Source of the DNA: an uncultured Gammaproteobacteria bacterium
GTDB taxonomy: Bacteria > Patescibacteriota > Patescibacteriia > JAHIZJ01
Assembly (NCBI GenBank): GCA_964594455.1
Contig: CAZQLY010000005.1
Location: forward strand, 1,682 to 65,681
Direction: 5' to 3'
Length of the DNA stretch: 64,000 bases
Shown here: in pieces, positions 12,461-20,492 of the stretch
Layout of the letters: every line of letters begins with the position of its first letter
Position numbering within the stretch: position 1 is the first letter of the stretch
Made by a program: the position numbers and the translations under genes
Notes under the pieces: generated by a model
The model's input: only the letters and a program-made list of their open reading frames with translations
Database searches by the model: none
What the model was told of the DNA's origin: nothing

Positions 12461-14239
12461 TTATAAATCGCCTATGCAATACACAGGATCATCGCAACTA
12501 ATGTTTGGTGTCGTCTCAAATGACCCACCATCGCTAGTTATACAATCTGTTGCTTCATCATAACTAACCTCAGGACCATCTAAATCCCTAGCAATGTCTT
12601 GGTTGGTCTCTAGTTCAGCTGCTAATAAATAATCTTCTCCATTCTCGCAATAAACATAGCAATTTCCTTGGATTTCACCATCTACTATCTGGCATTCCGC
12701 GCCTCCGGGAGGAAATATAACATCACTACTGGAGTAATACCCATCAATTTCTGCAAGAAACACTTCCCAGGTGGGAGTGCTGTCATTCAACGGCACGACT
12801 CCATTTTCATTCTTATAAAGCTCAATAGCACTCTGAAGCAATCTGAGGTCGGCTTGCCTAGTTTCATCGCGGGCAACCAACTCGCTATCACTTTCAGTCT
12901 CAGTTTCGGTCTCAGTCTCAACACTAAATATCTGATCAATTGATGTTTTGCGTTGCAAATCCGCTTCACTCATCTCACCTTCGCCATTTGGGTTATAACC
13001 ATTTTCTACCTCTTCTCCGTCTAAGTATCCGTCACCATCAGTGTCTGAATCATCAGGATCGGTTCCAAATAATTCTTCCCAATAATCAGCCAGGTCATCC
13101 TCGTCGGTGTCTGTTATATAATCAGTGTAATCATCATCTGGGTCTGTTGGCATCATTGAGTTTATATCAAACATGCTCATTATGTACTCAACAATATTTT
13201 CAGAATCAGCGGGCGCTTCAACGGAGACTGGTTGGTTGAACTCGCTTGATTTAACGGCAACTGACACTCTCCCGCTGTACACTTCTGCATAGTCCAAAGC
13301 CAGAGCCATTGTTAATTGATACGTGTACATGTCTTTCTTGCCTACCCAGATCTCGCCACTTATTTCCCCCAAATCCTGAAGTGCCATATCAACTGTTTCC
13401 TCAAGATCAACTTCTGATGGGATTAATTCAAGAAATGAATCTTCATTCACATCTGAAGTCATTGAATTATTAGTTAGATCCATAAGCTCAACCATCAAAG
13501 ATTTTAGTTCATCTTTATCTATGTGGTAGGTATAGTGATAAGTTTTGATACCATTTATTTCCTCATCAGGCAGGCGTTTATCGACAACCAAGATATCTGA
13601 GCCATAAACTAACGCCTGAACCTGTTTACTAAGCTCCTCCGCTTCCTCCTCTGAAGGCATCATGCTATTAACATTTTCAACCCCCTCACCTAGCCCAAAC
13701 AGTAGCCCAAACAGGTCGCCTGTCGAAATGACATCATCTAGACCATCTATTACTTCAGTCGAGTCAAACCGGAACCAAACATTTTGAAATTGACTCAGAT
13801 CAATAAATTCATCCAACCCGGGAATACTAGGGATGCTTGGTATTCTGAGATAGGTAACCTCATCAACTGTTTTAATGTCCAATCCCAAATCCACATCAAA
13901 TCCACTATATCCAAAAGAAATGCTGGCTGAACCATCCATATTATTGTTGGTCAGATCGGTGCTGGCTCTATAGGTTATTTTTGTGTTAACTGGTTCAGTA
14001 ACGGTAGTAGTGGTTTCCGAAACAGACTCTACAATAATATTAGCTAACATTTCCGTTTTTACGGAATCAAGCGCCGCCATGTTTTCCATGGTGGCAGCAA
14101 TAACTTTATCTGGAGACTTTTCTAAAAAAGGCACGGTAAAGATAGTGTCGGTGAAAGGAACCCTGCCTGATGCCACAATAGCAATGCCAGCACCGACTAC
14201 TATCACTATTGCCGCGTAGATAATAAGATTTTTTCTCAT
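12461..14239 (-). CDS. Large acidic membrane-anchored protein with (TE)4 repeat, TSP3-like Asp-rich Ca-binding-type motif and Cys-rich C-terminus
   Basis: N-terminal TM helix. Motifs DPDDSDTDGDGYLDGEEVENGYNP and SVETETETETESDSE. C-terminal Cys cluster. Confidence 0.4.
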   Translation of the reverse strand: MRKNLIIYAAIVIVVGAGIAIVASGRVPFTDTIFTVPFLEKSPDKVIAATMENMAALDSVKTEMLANIIVESVSETTTTVTEPVNTKITYRASTDLTNNNMDGSASISFGYSGFDVDLGLDIKTVDEVTYLRIPSIPSIPGLDEFIDLSQFQNVWFRFDSTEVIDGLDDVISTGDLFGLLFGLGEGVENVNSMMPSEEEAEELSKQVQALVYGSDILVVDKRLPDEEINGIKTYHYTYHIDKDELKSLMVELMDLTNNSMTSDVNEDSFLELIPSEVDLEETVDMALQDLGEISGEIWVGKKDMYTYQLTMALALDYAEVYSGRVSVAVKSSEFNQPVSVEAPADSENIVEYIMSMFDINSMMPTDPDDDYTDYITDTDEDDLADYWEELFGTDPDDSDTDGDGYLDGEEVENGYNPNGEGEMSEADLQRKTSIDQIFSVETETETETESDSELVARDETRQADLRLLQSAIELYKNENGVVPLNDSTPTWEVFLAEIDGYYSSSDVIFPPGGAECQIVDGEIQGNCYVYCENGEDYLLAAELETNQDIARDLDGPEVSYDEATDCITSDGGSFETTPNISCDDPVYCIGDL

Positions 14240-14269
14240 ACTATATAACTTAGTCTAATAAATTTAAGA

Positions 14270-16225
14270 CTAGCCTGCACTGACGCTACCGCCGCCTCCA
14301 CCTCCTCCTGAAAATCCTCCAGAAAAACCAGACGACGATGAGCTGGATGACGAACGAGGAGACCCGATAGAGCCATTAGCCACCGTACTAAAACTAGATA
14401 AACTCTTTGACAAAGAAGATATATTAAACTTGCCCGGAGTATAACCGTAAGCCGGCACATACCAGTCAGGCGGTTCAGTATACAAATCTTTAAAATGCTT
14501 GGCCCATTTTTTTTCTACCCCGAGGATCATGGCGTAGGGAAAATAACTTTCAAAAGTTTCCTGAGTCATTTTGGCAATACGGTATTTCTCGGCTTTTTCT
14601 AAAAACATCTTAAACCCTTCTGACCACCATTTGTATTCAGAACCTAAGGCTGTCTTGCGCGGCATGACTGAGCCAAATATCATTCCCACAATCCCAACCA
14701 ATATGAAGGGCGCTGTCAGAACGGCCAACCAATTAACAAACGCTGACAAAACGAAAGATAATATTATACTGATCAAGAATAAGATAAATGGCTTGGTCAT
14801 ATACTTCTTTCTCACCTGGGACGGCGAGTTATCAAAGTAGCTCTTATTAGTCACTGACTGGTATATGAGCTTCTTGATCTTGGGCAGTTTTCTATAAAAC
14901 TTGTTGCGCAAATCAGAAAGCTTGACCTCTCTCTTGCTACCAAACAACCCTCTGAGCATTTCTTTTTCATATTCCTGGAACTGTTCTGGCTGCTTATCGG
15001 TTCTAAGCAGTTTGAAATTTTTGGTTTTTTGAAGACGCGATGTCTTCTTCATTTCTTTGATAACTAAATAACCCCGGACAGCAAAATCTATTATCATCGG
15101 AGTGATATCTTTTTGTTGAACTTTCTCATCTAGCAATGTTCCCATTTCACTCGGGCGCATGCCCTTAGGCGGTTCATACTGAGGAATGATGGTGCTTTTC
15201 TGCTCCGGGTCTTTACCAAATCTTTGCCAACGCCGGTAATAATAGACAAAGGCCCAAATCGGTGATATCCAAACCAAAATAGCTAAAATGGATATTAAAT
15301 AACGGCCGATTCTGTGCCACCATAATTCCTGAAGTTGGAAACGATAAACGTTTGTTTCACCCTTTCTGATTGTTAAATCTATTGGATCAGCTGTATAGCC
15401 GAAAGACTCTGCCGAAAACTTATAGGTCTCCTGATCATTTTCCGGATTGCTCATTTGATAGGCCTGAGGCGTAGTGTGGCTACTGTCCTCATCATTGATG
15501 ATGATGGTTGCTCCCTCAAACTCCTTAGAATCAACCTCAGCTTCAATTCTCAGAGTACCAGGATCATTTACTATACCCTTGGGCCAGCTGGATACAATAG
15601 TTACTCCCTCAGAGCCTCCAATATACCTTTCCCAGAACTTAATGGTTCGTCCGTCCGCTATCTGGTAATTGTAAGATTCCACGGTTGAACCGTAAGAACC
15701 AACATACATTAACTGGGAATAGTCGGATAAGCTATTGCTTGCTTCGGGTAAAATAACGGCAGCGCTGACTGTTTCAATAATTGCTTCGTGATCAGTTGGA
15801 ATAATATCCCAATAAAGCTCATCATGATCTTCAAAGAAGCCCACCCCTCCTAAAACCTTATACTCAAATATCCAGGTCTTTGACTCATTGTAAGCAGAAA
15901 AATTTATCCGAGTGGAAATTGAATAGGCTGTATCGGTGATTTCAACATCAGGCCATGAAAGCAAGATATTGTTTTCATCATATACTTTAAAATTGACAAT
16001 ATTTTCAACACGCTCTTTATACAACTCAGTTTCTACCCACGAAAAAGAGCCTTCAAAATCAAAGGTCCTCGTTTCTCGAACACTGAAGCTGCCGTCCTCC
16101 TGTATCCTCATCTGCACATCCCAGTCTGTAATAGTCCAGGATTTAGCTTCTGTTTTTGCAGGTATCAGGGCAACCGTAACAATAACACCCAATAATATTA
16201 AAAGTTTATACGTTAGCCTTGGCAT
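14270..16225 (-). CDS. DUF2207-like membrane protein with Gly/Ser-rich C-terminal tail
   Basis: Architecture matches DUF2207: signal peptide, large ectodomain, TM helices, cytoplasmic segment, then a terminal tail (SSSSSSSSGFSGGFSGGGGGGGSVSAG). Confidence 0.5.
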   Translation of the reverse strand: MPRLTYKLLILLGVIVTVALIPAKTEAKSWTITDWDVQMRIQEDGSFSVRETRTFDFEGSFSWVETELYKERVENIVNFKVYDENNILLSWPDVEITDTAYSISTRINFSAYNESKTWIFEYKVLGGVGFFEDHDELYWDIIPTDHEAIIETVSAAVILPEASNSLSDYSQLMYVGSYGSTVESYNYQIADGRTIKFWERYIGGSEGVTIVSSWPKGIVNDPGTLRIEAEVDSKEFEGATIIINDEDSSHTTPQAYQMSNPENDQETYKFSAESFGYTADPIDLTIRKGETNVYRFQLQELWWHRIGRYLISILAILVWISPIWAFVYYYRRWQRFGKDPEQKSTIIPQYEPPKGMRPSEMGTLLDEKVQQKDITPMIIDFAVRGYLVIKEMKKTSRLQKTKNFKLLRTDKQPEQFQEYEKEMLRGLFGSKREVKLSDLRNKFYRKLPKIKKLIYQSVTNKSYFDNSPSQVRKKYMTKPFILFLISIILSFVLSAFVNWLAVLTAPFILVGIVGMIFGSVMPRKTALGSEYKWWSEGFKMFLEKAEKYRIAKMTQETFESYFPYAMILGVEKKWAKHFKDLYTEPPDWYVPAYGYTPGKFNISSLSKSLSSFSTVANGSIGSPRSSSSSSSSGFSGGFSGGGGGGGSVSAG

Positions 16226-16330
16226 AAAAATCTGATTTATTTTAACATTTTTGAGCTATTACCGCAAATAAGCTTTTAGGCATTACAAAACAGCCAGCCT
16301 TAATATACTCGCCTGATTTTTTCTGACCGA

Positions 16331-17254
16331 TTATTTCAATTTGTTAATGTAGTTTTGAGCTGTCAAAAAAGCGGTAGTACCTTGCCCGGCCGCAATAACA
16401 ATCTGATTATATGGCAGGTTGGTTACATCTCCAGCCGCAAACAAGCCCGGTACTTTTGTCTCCATTAACAGATTCACTTCGGCAAAACCCACTTTGTCCG
16501 TCACCCCCAAATCTTTGATCATATCGGAATTGGGTATCACGCCAATATGGATAAACACTCCATTAACTTTAATGTTTTTGGTCTCACCAGCAGGGTCCTG
16601 ATAATCTACGCCGCTGACCGTTGGATCACCCACAATCTTAGTGGTATTAGCCTCTGAGATTAATTCTACGTTTTTAAGTTGTTTAACTTTGTCTATGTAT
16701 ACTTGCTCTCCGCGCAATTCAGCGTTTTTGTTTATCAAATATACTTTCTCGGCAATACCAGCCAACATCAGAACCGACTCCAAGGCTGAATTTCCCCCAC
16801 CGATAGTAGCCACAGTCTTATTACGGAAGAGCGGCCCATCACAGGTGGAACAATATGACACGCCTTTTTGATATAATTCTTTTTCTCCTGGTACATTCAA
16901 ATGCCTGGGTCGGACCCCAGTGGCAACAATAACTGATTTAGCTTCGAAGCTTTTATCCTGGCCATTTAAATCTTTTCCCGCTACCAAAAAACCGTCACCT
17001 TGCTTTTTGATCTTGATAATCTCAACATCATTTTCAACGTCAACATTATTGAATTTCAACTGATCGTTAAATTTCTGAGATAGGTCAATGCCTGTGGTTT
17101 CGTTAAAACCAGGATAATTACCAATCTCACCTGAGGTAGCCACTTCCCCGCCCAGTTCTTTGGCTACTAATTTGAAATTCATTTTGGCTCGAGCGGCATA
17201 GACAGCCGCAGCGGTTCCAGCAGCCGAGCCACCGATTATTAATATATCCAACAT
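16331..17254 (-). CDS. trxB: Thioredoxin-disulfide reductase
   Basis: FAD motif IIGGSAAGTAAAVYAARA, redox-active CSTCDG, and NADPH motif GGGNSA. Confidence 0.9.
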   Translation of the reverse strand: MLDILIIGGSAAGTAAAVYAARAKMNFKLVAKELGGEVATSGEIGNYPGFNETTGIDLSQKFNDQLKFNNVDVENDVEIIKIKKQGDGFLVAGKDLNGQDKSFEAKSVIVATGVRPRHLNVPGEKELYQKGVSYCSTCDGPLFRNKTVATIGGGNSALESVLMLAGIAEKVYLINKNAELRGEQVYIDKVKQLKNVELISEANTTKIVGDPTVSGVDYQDPAGETKNIKVNGVFIHIGVIPNSDMIKDLGVTDKVGFAEVNLLMETKVPGLFAAGDVTNLPYNQIVIAAGQGTTAFLTAQNYINKLK

Positions 17255-17370
17255 ATTACTTTTTTTTTAGTTGTCTTCAATGCTGCCGGACTAGGATTCG
17301 AACCTAGATTACCAGGGCCAGCCCGCCCCGCCAGCTTCGCTAATTATAAGTTTTATATTCTCAAGTAGAT

Positions 17371-17443
17371 TGCTCCGGGGCCTGGACTCGAACCAGGATT
17401 ACCAGGGCCAGAACCTAGCGTCCTACCATTAGACGACCCCGGA
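17371..17443 (-). tRNA. tRNA-Gln (anticodon CUG), intact, lying inside the intervening sequence of the outer copy
   Basis: Minus-strand sequence TCCGGGGTCGTCTAATGGTAGGACGCTAGGTTCTGGCCCTGGTAATCCTGGTTCGAGTCCAGGCCCCGGAGCA. 7-bp acceptor stem with U1:A72; D, anticodon (loop TTCTGGC) and T arms all pair. Confidence 0.85.
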
Positions 17444-17513
17444 ACAATTCACTCGAGATATTTTTTAACCTGCAGACGCAGCGGGCCGGGGAACCTGGCG
17501 TCCTACCATTAGA

Positions 17514-17546
17514 CCCGCCTCGACTTGCCGGTCTCGGCGAGGCGGG
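17514..17546 (-). repeat. GC-rich hairpin element (CCCGCCTCG-N15-CGAGGCGGG) inserted in the D-stem of the outer tRNA-Gln copy
   Basis: Perfect 9-bp inverted repeat. Same family as 40578-40648, 56798-56829 and degenerate copies at 32676-32700 and 34933-34959. Confidence 0.7.
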
Positions 17547-17570
17547 CGATCCGGCAGCAATGCAGGCAAC

Positions 17571-19112
17571 TTATCCGACCACCTTCCCACCAAAGGCTTC
17601 TAAAACCGGATCAATACTATCCTCAGTATCGGTTTCCGATTCAGTTTGCCCTTCTATTAAGACCGTGTCAACCTTCATCGCTTGGCCATATACATTTTTC
17701 AACACCTTTTCAATCCGACTGCTTAGCTTGGCTTGTTTAATTTGGTCCGCGTGAAAAGCATAATTACAACCCAGTATTAAGGTATCCCCCTCTATTTTTT
17801 CAGGTGTAACTACTTGGAATATAAGTGCCAAGGAATGATTTTCTTTCTGCATTCCTTTTAGTACCTCGCCCCACTGCGCCTTGACGTCTTCCAGGCTCAT
17901 CTTCAAATTAGCCGATTTCGATTTGCTAACAGATGTAGATTTTGGACTAATTGTATTCTGGCTGATTTTTGGGGTTGTTGACTCGGATGGCTCATCGGGC
18001 TCATTACTATCATCTCCAGTTTCACAAATTTCCACGATGGCAAGTTCTATGGGCAGCTGGGTAATATCAGAATATTTTATCTCTCTCTCTTTGTTGAGAA
18101 AGAGATTAATCGCTTTTGTCAAACGATCGAGTTCGATATTCTTCGCTTGATCAATGGCCGATTTTTCCAACTCTTGAGTAAGCTCCATGGAAGTGAAGAT
18201 GTCTAACCGACCGTTGACCTTGATCAGCAAAATCTTGCGCAAAAATTCAACTAGCTCTTTTGTAAACTGGATAAAGTTGATCCCCTCTTGTGCCAAGTTG
18301 TTAACCAAATCCAGAGCTTCTCCAGTTTTGCGTCCAGCCAAGAAATCAAAAAGCTTAACAATAGATTCTATGTTGGATCGCGGTAAAACCAAATCAGCCA
18401 TTTCTGCGGTGATCTTTTTATCTCCCAGGGTTAAAATTTGCCCCAATAGACTTTCAGCGTCACGGGCTGAGCCCTCGGCCATGCGGGCAACATTCTTCAG
18501 TATGCTTTCGTCTATTTTAATCTTCTCCTTGCTAACGATTGAGCTTAAGCGTTTAACTAGATCCGCTTGGTTTATTTTTTTGAAATCAAATCTCTGGCAT
18601 CGGGAAACGATAGTATCAGGTAAACGATGGATTTCTGTAGTGCATAAAATAAATATCGCGTACTCAGGAGGTTCTTCTAGAGTTTTCAGAAGCGCGTTAA
18701 ACGCAGCTAAGGACAACATGTGCGCTTCATCAATTATAAATACTTTATATTGCCAGCGGGACGGAGTGAAACGAGCGTTTTCTATAATATTGTCTCGGAC
18801 ATTGTCTACTCCAGTATGAGAAGCCGCGTCCATTTCAATCAAGTCCAGGGATCTGGCTGACAATATATCCTGGCAAGACTCGCAGGTACCACAAGGTTCA
18901 CTTTGATTATCTTTTCTTTTCTGACAATTGATGGCTCGAGCCAAAAGCCGGGCCGTGGTAGTCTTGCCCACTCCCCGGGGGCCAGCAAATAAATAAGCAT
19001 GGGCCAGTCTTTGACTGGTAATTTCATTTTCTAGAGTAATCTTAACGTGATTCTGGCCCAGCAGGTCGGAAAATGTCTGGGGTCTATATTTTCGATATAA
19101 TGTTTGAGACAT
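17571..19112 (-). CDS. dnaX: DNA polymerase III subunit gamma/tau
   Basis: YRPQTFSDLLGQNHV...AYLFAGPRGVGKTTTARLLA Walker A, CxxC zinc module, and SRC motif. Confidence 0.9.
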   Translation of the reverse strand: MSQTLYRKYRPQTFSDLLGQNHVKITLENEITSQRLAHAYLFAGPRGVGKTTTARLLARAINCQKRKDNQSEPCGTCESCQDILSARSLDLIEMDAASHTGVDNVRDNIIENARFTPSRWQYKVFIIDEAHMLSLAAFNALLKTLEEPPEYAIFILCTTEIHRLPDTIVSRCQRFDFKKINQADLVKRLSSIVSKEKIKIDESILKNVARMAEGSARDAESLLGQILTLGDKKITAEMADLVLPRSNIESIVKLFDFLAGRKTGEALDLVNNLAQEGINFIQFTKELVEFLRKILLIKVNGRLDIFTSMELTQELEKSAIDQAKNIELDRLTKAINLFLNKEREIKYSDITQLPIELAIVEICETGDDSNEPDEPSESTTPKISQNTISPKSTSVSKSKSANLKMSLEDVKAQWGEVLKGMQKENHSLALIFQVVTPEKIEGDTLILGCNYAFHADQIKQAKLSSRIEKVLKNVYGQAMKVDTVLIEGQTESETDTEDSIDPVLEAFGGKVVG

Positions 19113-19225
19113 AAGCGTTGTACCTCCTTATGATTTTAACAACTCCTGCGATATAGTGCAAAAAACCATCTAAATAGCGCACCTCCCTAACAAGGTGCCT
19201 ATTCTTAATATTTCTTTATTTATAT

Positions 19226-19837
19226 TTATTCGTCTATTTTTTCAATTTCTGAAGACGCCTCTTCAGTTGGTTCGTCGGCTGACAGGCCGTTTTTATTTAT
19301 TTCAGCTTTCTTAATAATATTTTCCACAGCCGCCCATTTACTATCTTTTTCTTTGGGTACCAGTATAACGGCCTCGTCCCCGGATTCACCTTTGAAATAA
19401 GTTATGCTTGCCAGCAACACTCGGTAGCTTTTATTGTTTGCCAATACCCGAAATTCGCTTGTCTGTTCATCTCGGGTCAGGGTGCCGATTAAGCGCTGTC
19501 TCTCAGCTGGGCCGATTTGTTTATAGACAAACGATCCGTCAGGGGTAATGGTCAACTTAAGAGTGTCCCCTTCAACGAGTTTTGATTTTGACGCATAATT
19601 GGCCGGTACAGAATATTGCTTTCCATCCGGTCCAATCATATTCTGTCCGTCAAACATTCCTTCTATTATTTTTCCTTCAGCGCCTTCTTCTATCTTACCT
19701 TCTATCTTTTCTATCTCCGGCTCGTCAGACAAATCATCTCCACCTAATTCAGCCAGCAGCTGTCTGGCAACTTGGATGTTTGTTTGGGCGTTTTCTAGGG
19801 CATCTTTTATTTTAGAAATTTTTTTTGGTTCGGACAT
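19226..19837 (-). CDS. Hypothetical acidic protein
   Basis: ORF with good coding periodicity. No recognisable family. Confidence 0.4.
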   Translation of the reverse strand: MSEPKKISKIKDALENAQTNIQVARQLLAELGGDDLSDEPEIEKIEGKIEEGAEGKIIEGMFDGQNMIGPDGKQYSVPANYASKSKLVEGDTLKLTITPDGSFVYKQIGPAERQRLIGTLTRDEQTSEFRVLANNKSYRVLLASITYFKGESGDEAVILVPKEKDSKWAAVENIIKKAEINKNGLSADEPTEEASSEIEKIDE

Positions 19838-19929
19838 TTTCTTTTCAGATTTATTTCTAAATTTGAGGTTTTATTATACTTTTGTGTTGCTTTAGCTCAA
19901 AATTTAGTATATCATATATTGCCGGTTCG

Positions 19930-20463
19930 TCAATTTTTTTCATACATATAAATTGGTATGTTAGTGGAGGCGGGGCGGCTTATTTGTGTCGCTTTCAGAT
20001 CAGGGAAAGAAAAACTGTATGAGGCAAATCTACAGCCTGAACGCATCTCGGCTGCAACCTTTGGCTGTAGTTTTTTCATTGCTTTGGGAGTTAAGAAACA
20101 AACAATTGCATCAGCTGATCCAAAATCTGCATTAAAGAAGTTTTGATATTTGATAACAACTTGCTTATTGGTGCCAGAAAGCCTGACTCTTAGCAGCGAC
20201 CACAAATAATGGAACAATGATAATTCATATCCTACACCTTTGACATTATATTTTTTGGCAGCTGAAATAAGCAGCCGCGCATCACCACAACCCAGGTCAA
20301 TCAATAATTCCCCCGGCTGCAGACGCACGGTATTCAATAAACGTTCGACGTCCTGGCGTCTAGTCGGTAGCCAAGGTGCGGCCGACAAGCTGGCTAACAT
20401 GGCCATACCGAAAACCACGACCACAATAACCAAATAAACTATTAAAAAAGGAGTAGTCAACAT
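19930..20463 (-). CDS. Class I SAM-dependent methyltransferase with N-terminal TM helix
   Basis: LIDLGCGDARLLISAA SAM-binding motif I. N-terminal hydrophobic helix. Confidence 0.6.
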   Translation of the reverse strand: MLTTPFLIVYLVIVVVVFGMAMLASLSAAPWLPTRRQDVERLLNTVRLQPGELLIDLGCGDARLLISAAKKYNVKGVGYELSLFHYLWSLLRVRLSGTNKQVVIKYQNFFNADFGSADAIVCFLTPKAMKKLQPKVAAEMRSGCRFASYSFSFPDLKATQISRPASTNIPIYMYEKN

Positions 20464-20492
20464 ACTCCCATTATAGCAGATATTATTATGAC

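Larger units (their letters stand above)
17281..17556 (-). tRNA. Interrupted outer tRNA-Gln(CUG) copy: 5' part 17492-17556 (carrying a 33-nt hairpin insert in the D-stem) and 3' part 17281-17321, separated by a 170-nt intervening sequence that contains a complete tRNA-Gln
   Basis: Read by eye on the minus strand. Joining the two parts gives TGCCGGATCGTCTAATGGTAGGACGCCAGGTTCTGGCCCTGGTAATCTAGGTTCGAATCCTAGTCCGGCAG, a perfect cloverleaf with U1:A72 and anticodon CUG. Confidence 0.45.

Noticed and set aside
12668-13239. Several 60-99-aa ORFs on both strands inside the acidic 592-aa gene
   Set aside because: These are nested in a long, well-supported ORF. They come from a low-complexity acidic repeat region that keeps alternate frames open.
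17322-17491. Group I self-splicing intron in the outer tRNA-Gln
   Set aside because: The insertion site in the anticodon loop fits bacterial tRNA group I introns. The 170-nt spacer is shorter than typical group I cores, and most of it is a complete tRNA gene. I cannot identify P, Q, R, S or the P7 elements by eye. Left as an open check in the findings rather than an annotation.
18187-18819. 210-aa plus-strand ORF inside dnaX
   Set aside because: Antisense to a confidently identified dnaX. No motif and no RBS. Artefact.
19113-19225. Possible 4.5S/SRP RNA (ffs) upstream of dnaX, as in many bacteria
   Set aside because: I looked for the conserved SRP domain IV motif in both strands and did not see it. 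Only a short hairpin (GCACCTCCCTAACAAGGTGC) is present.
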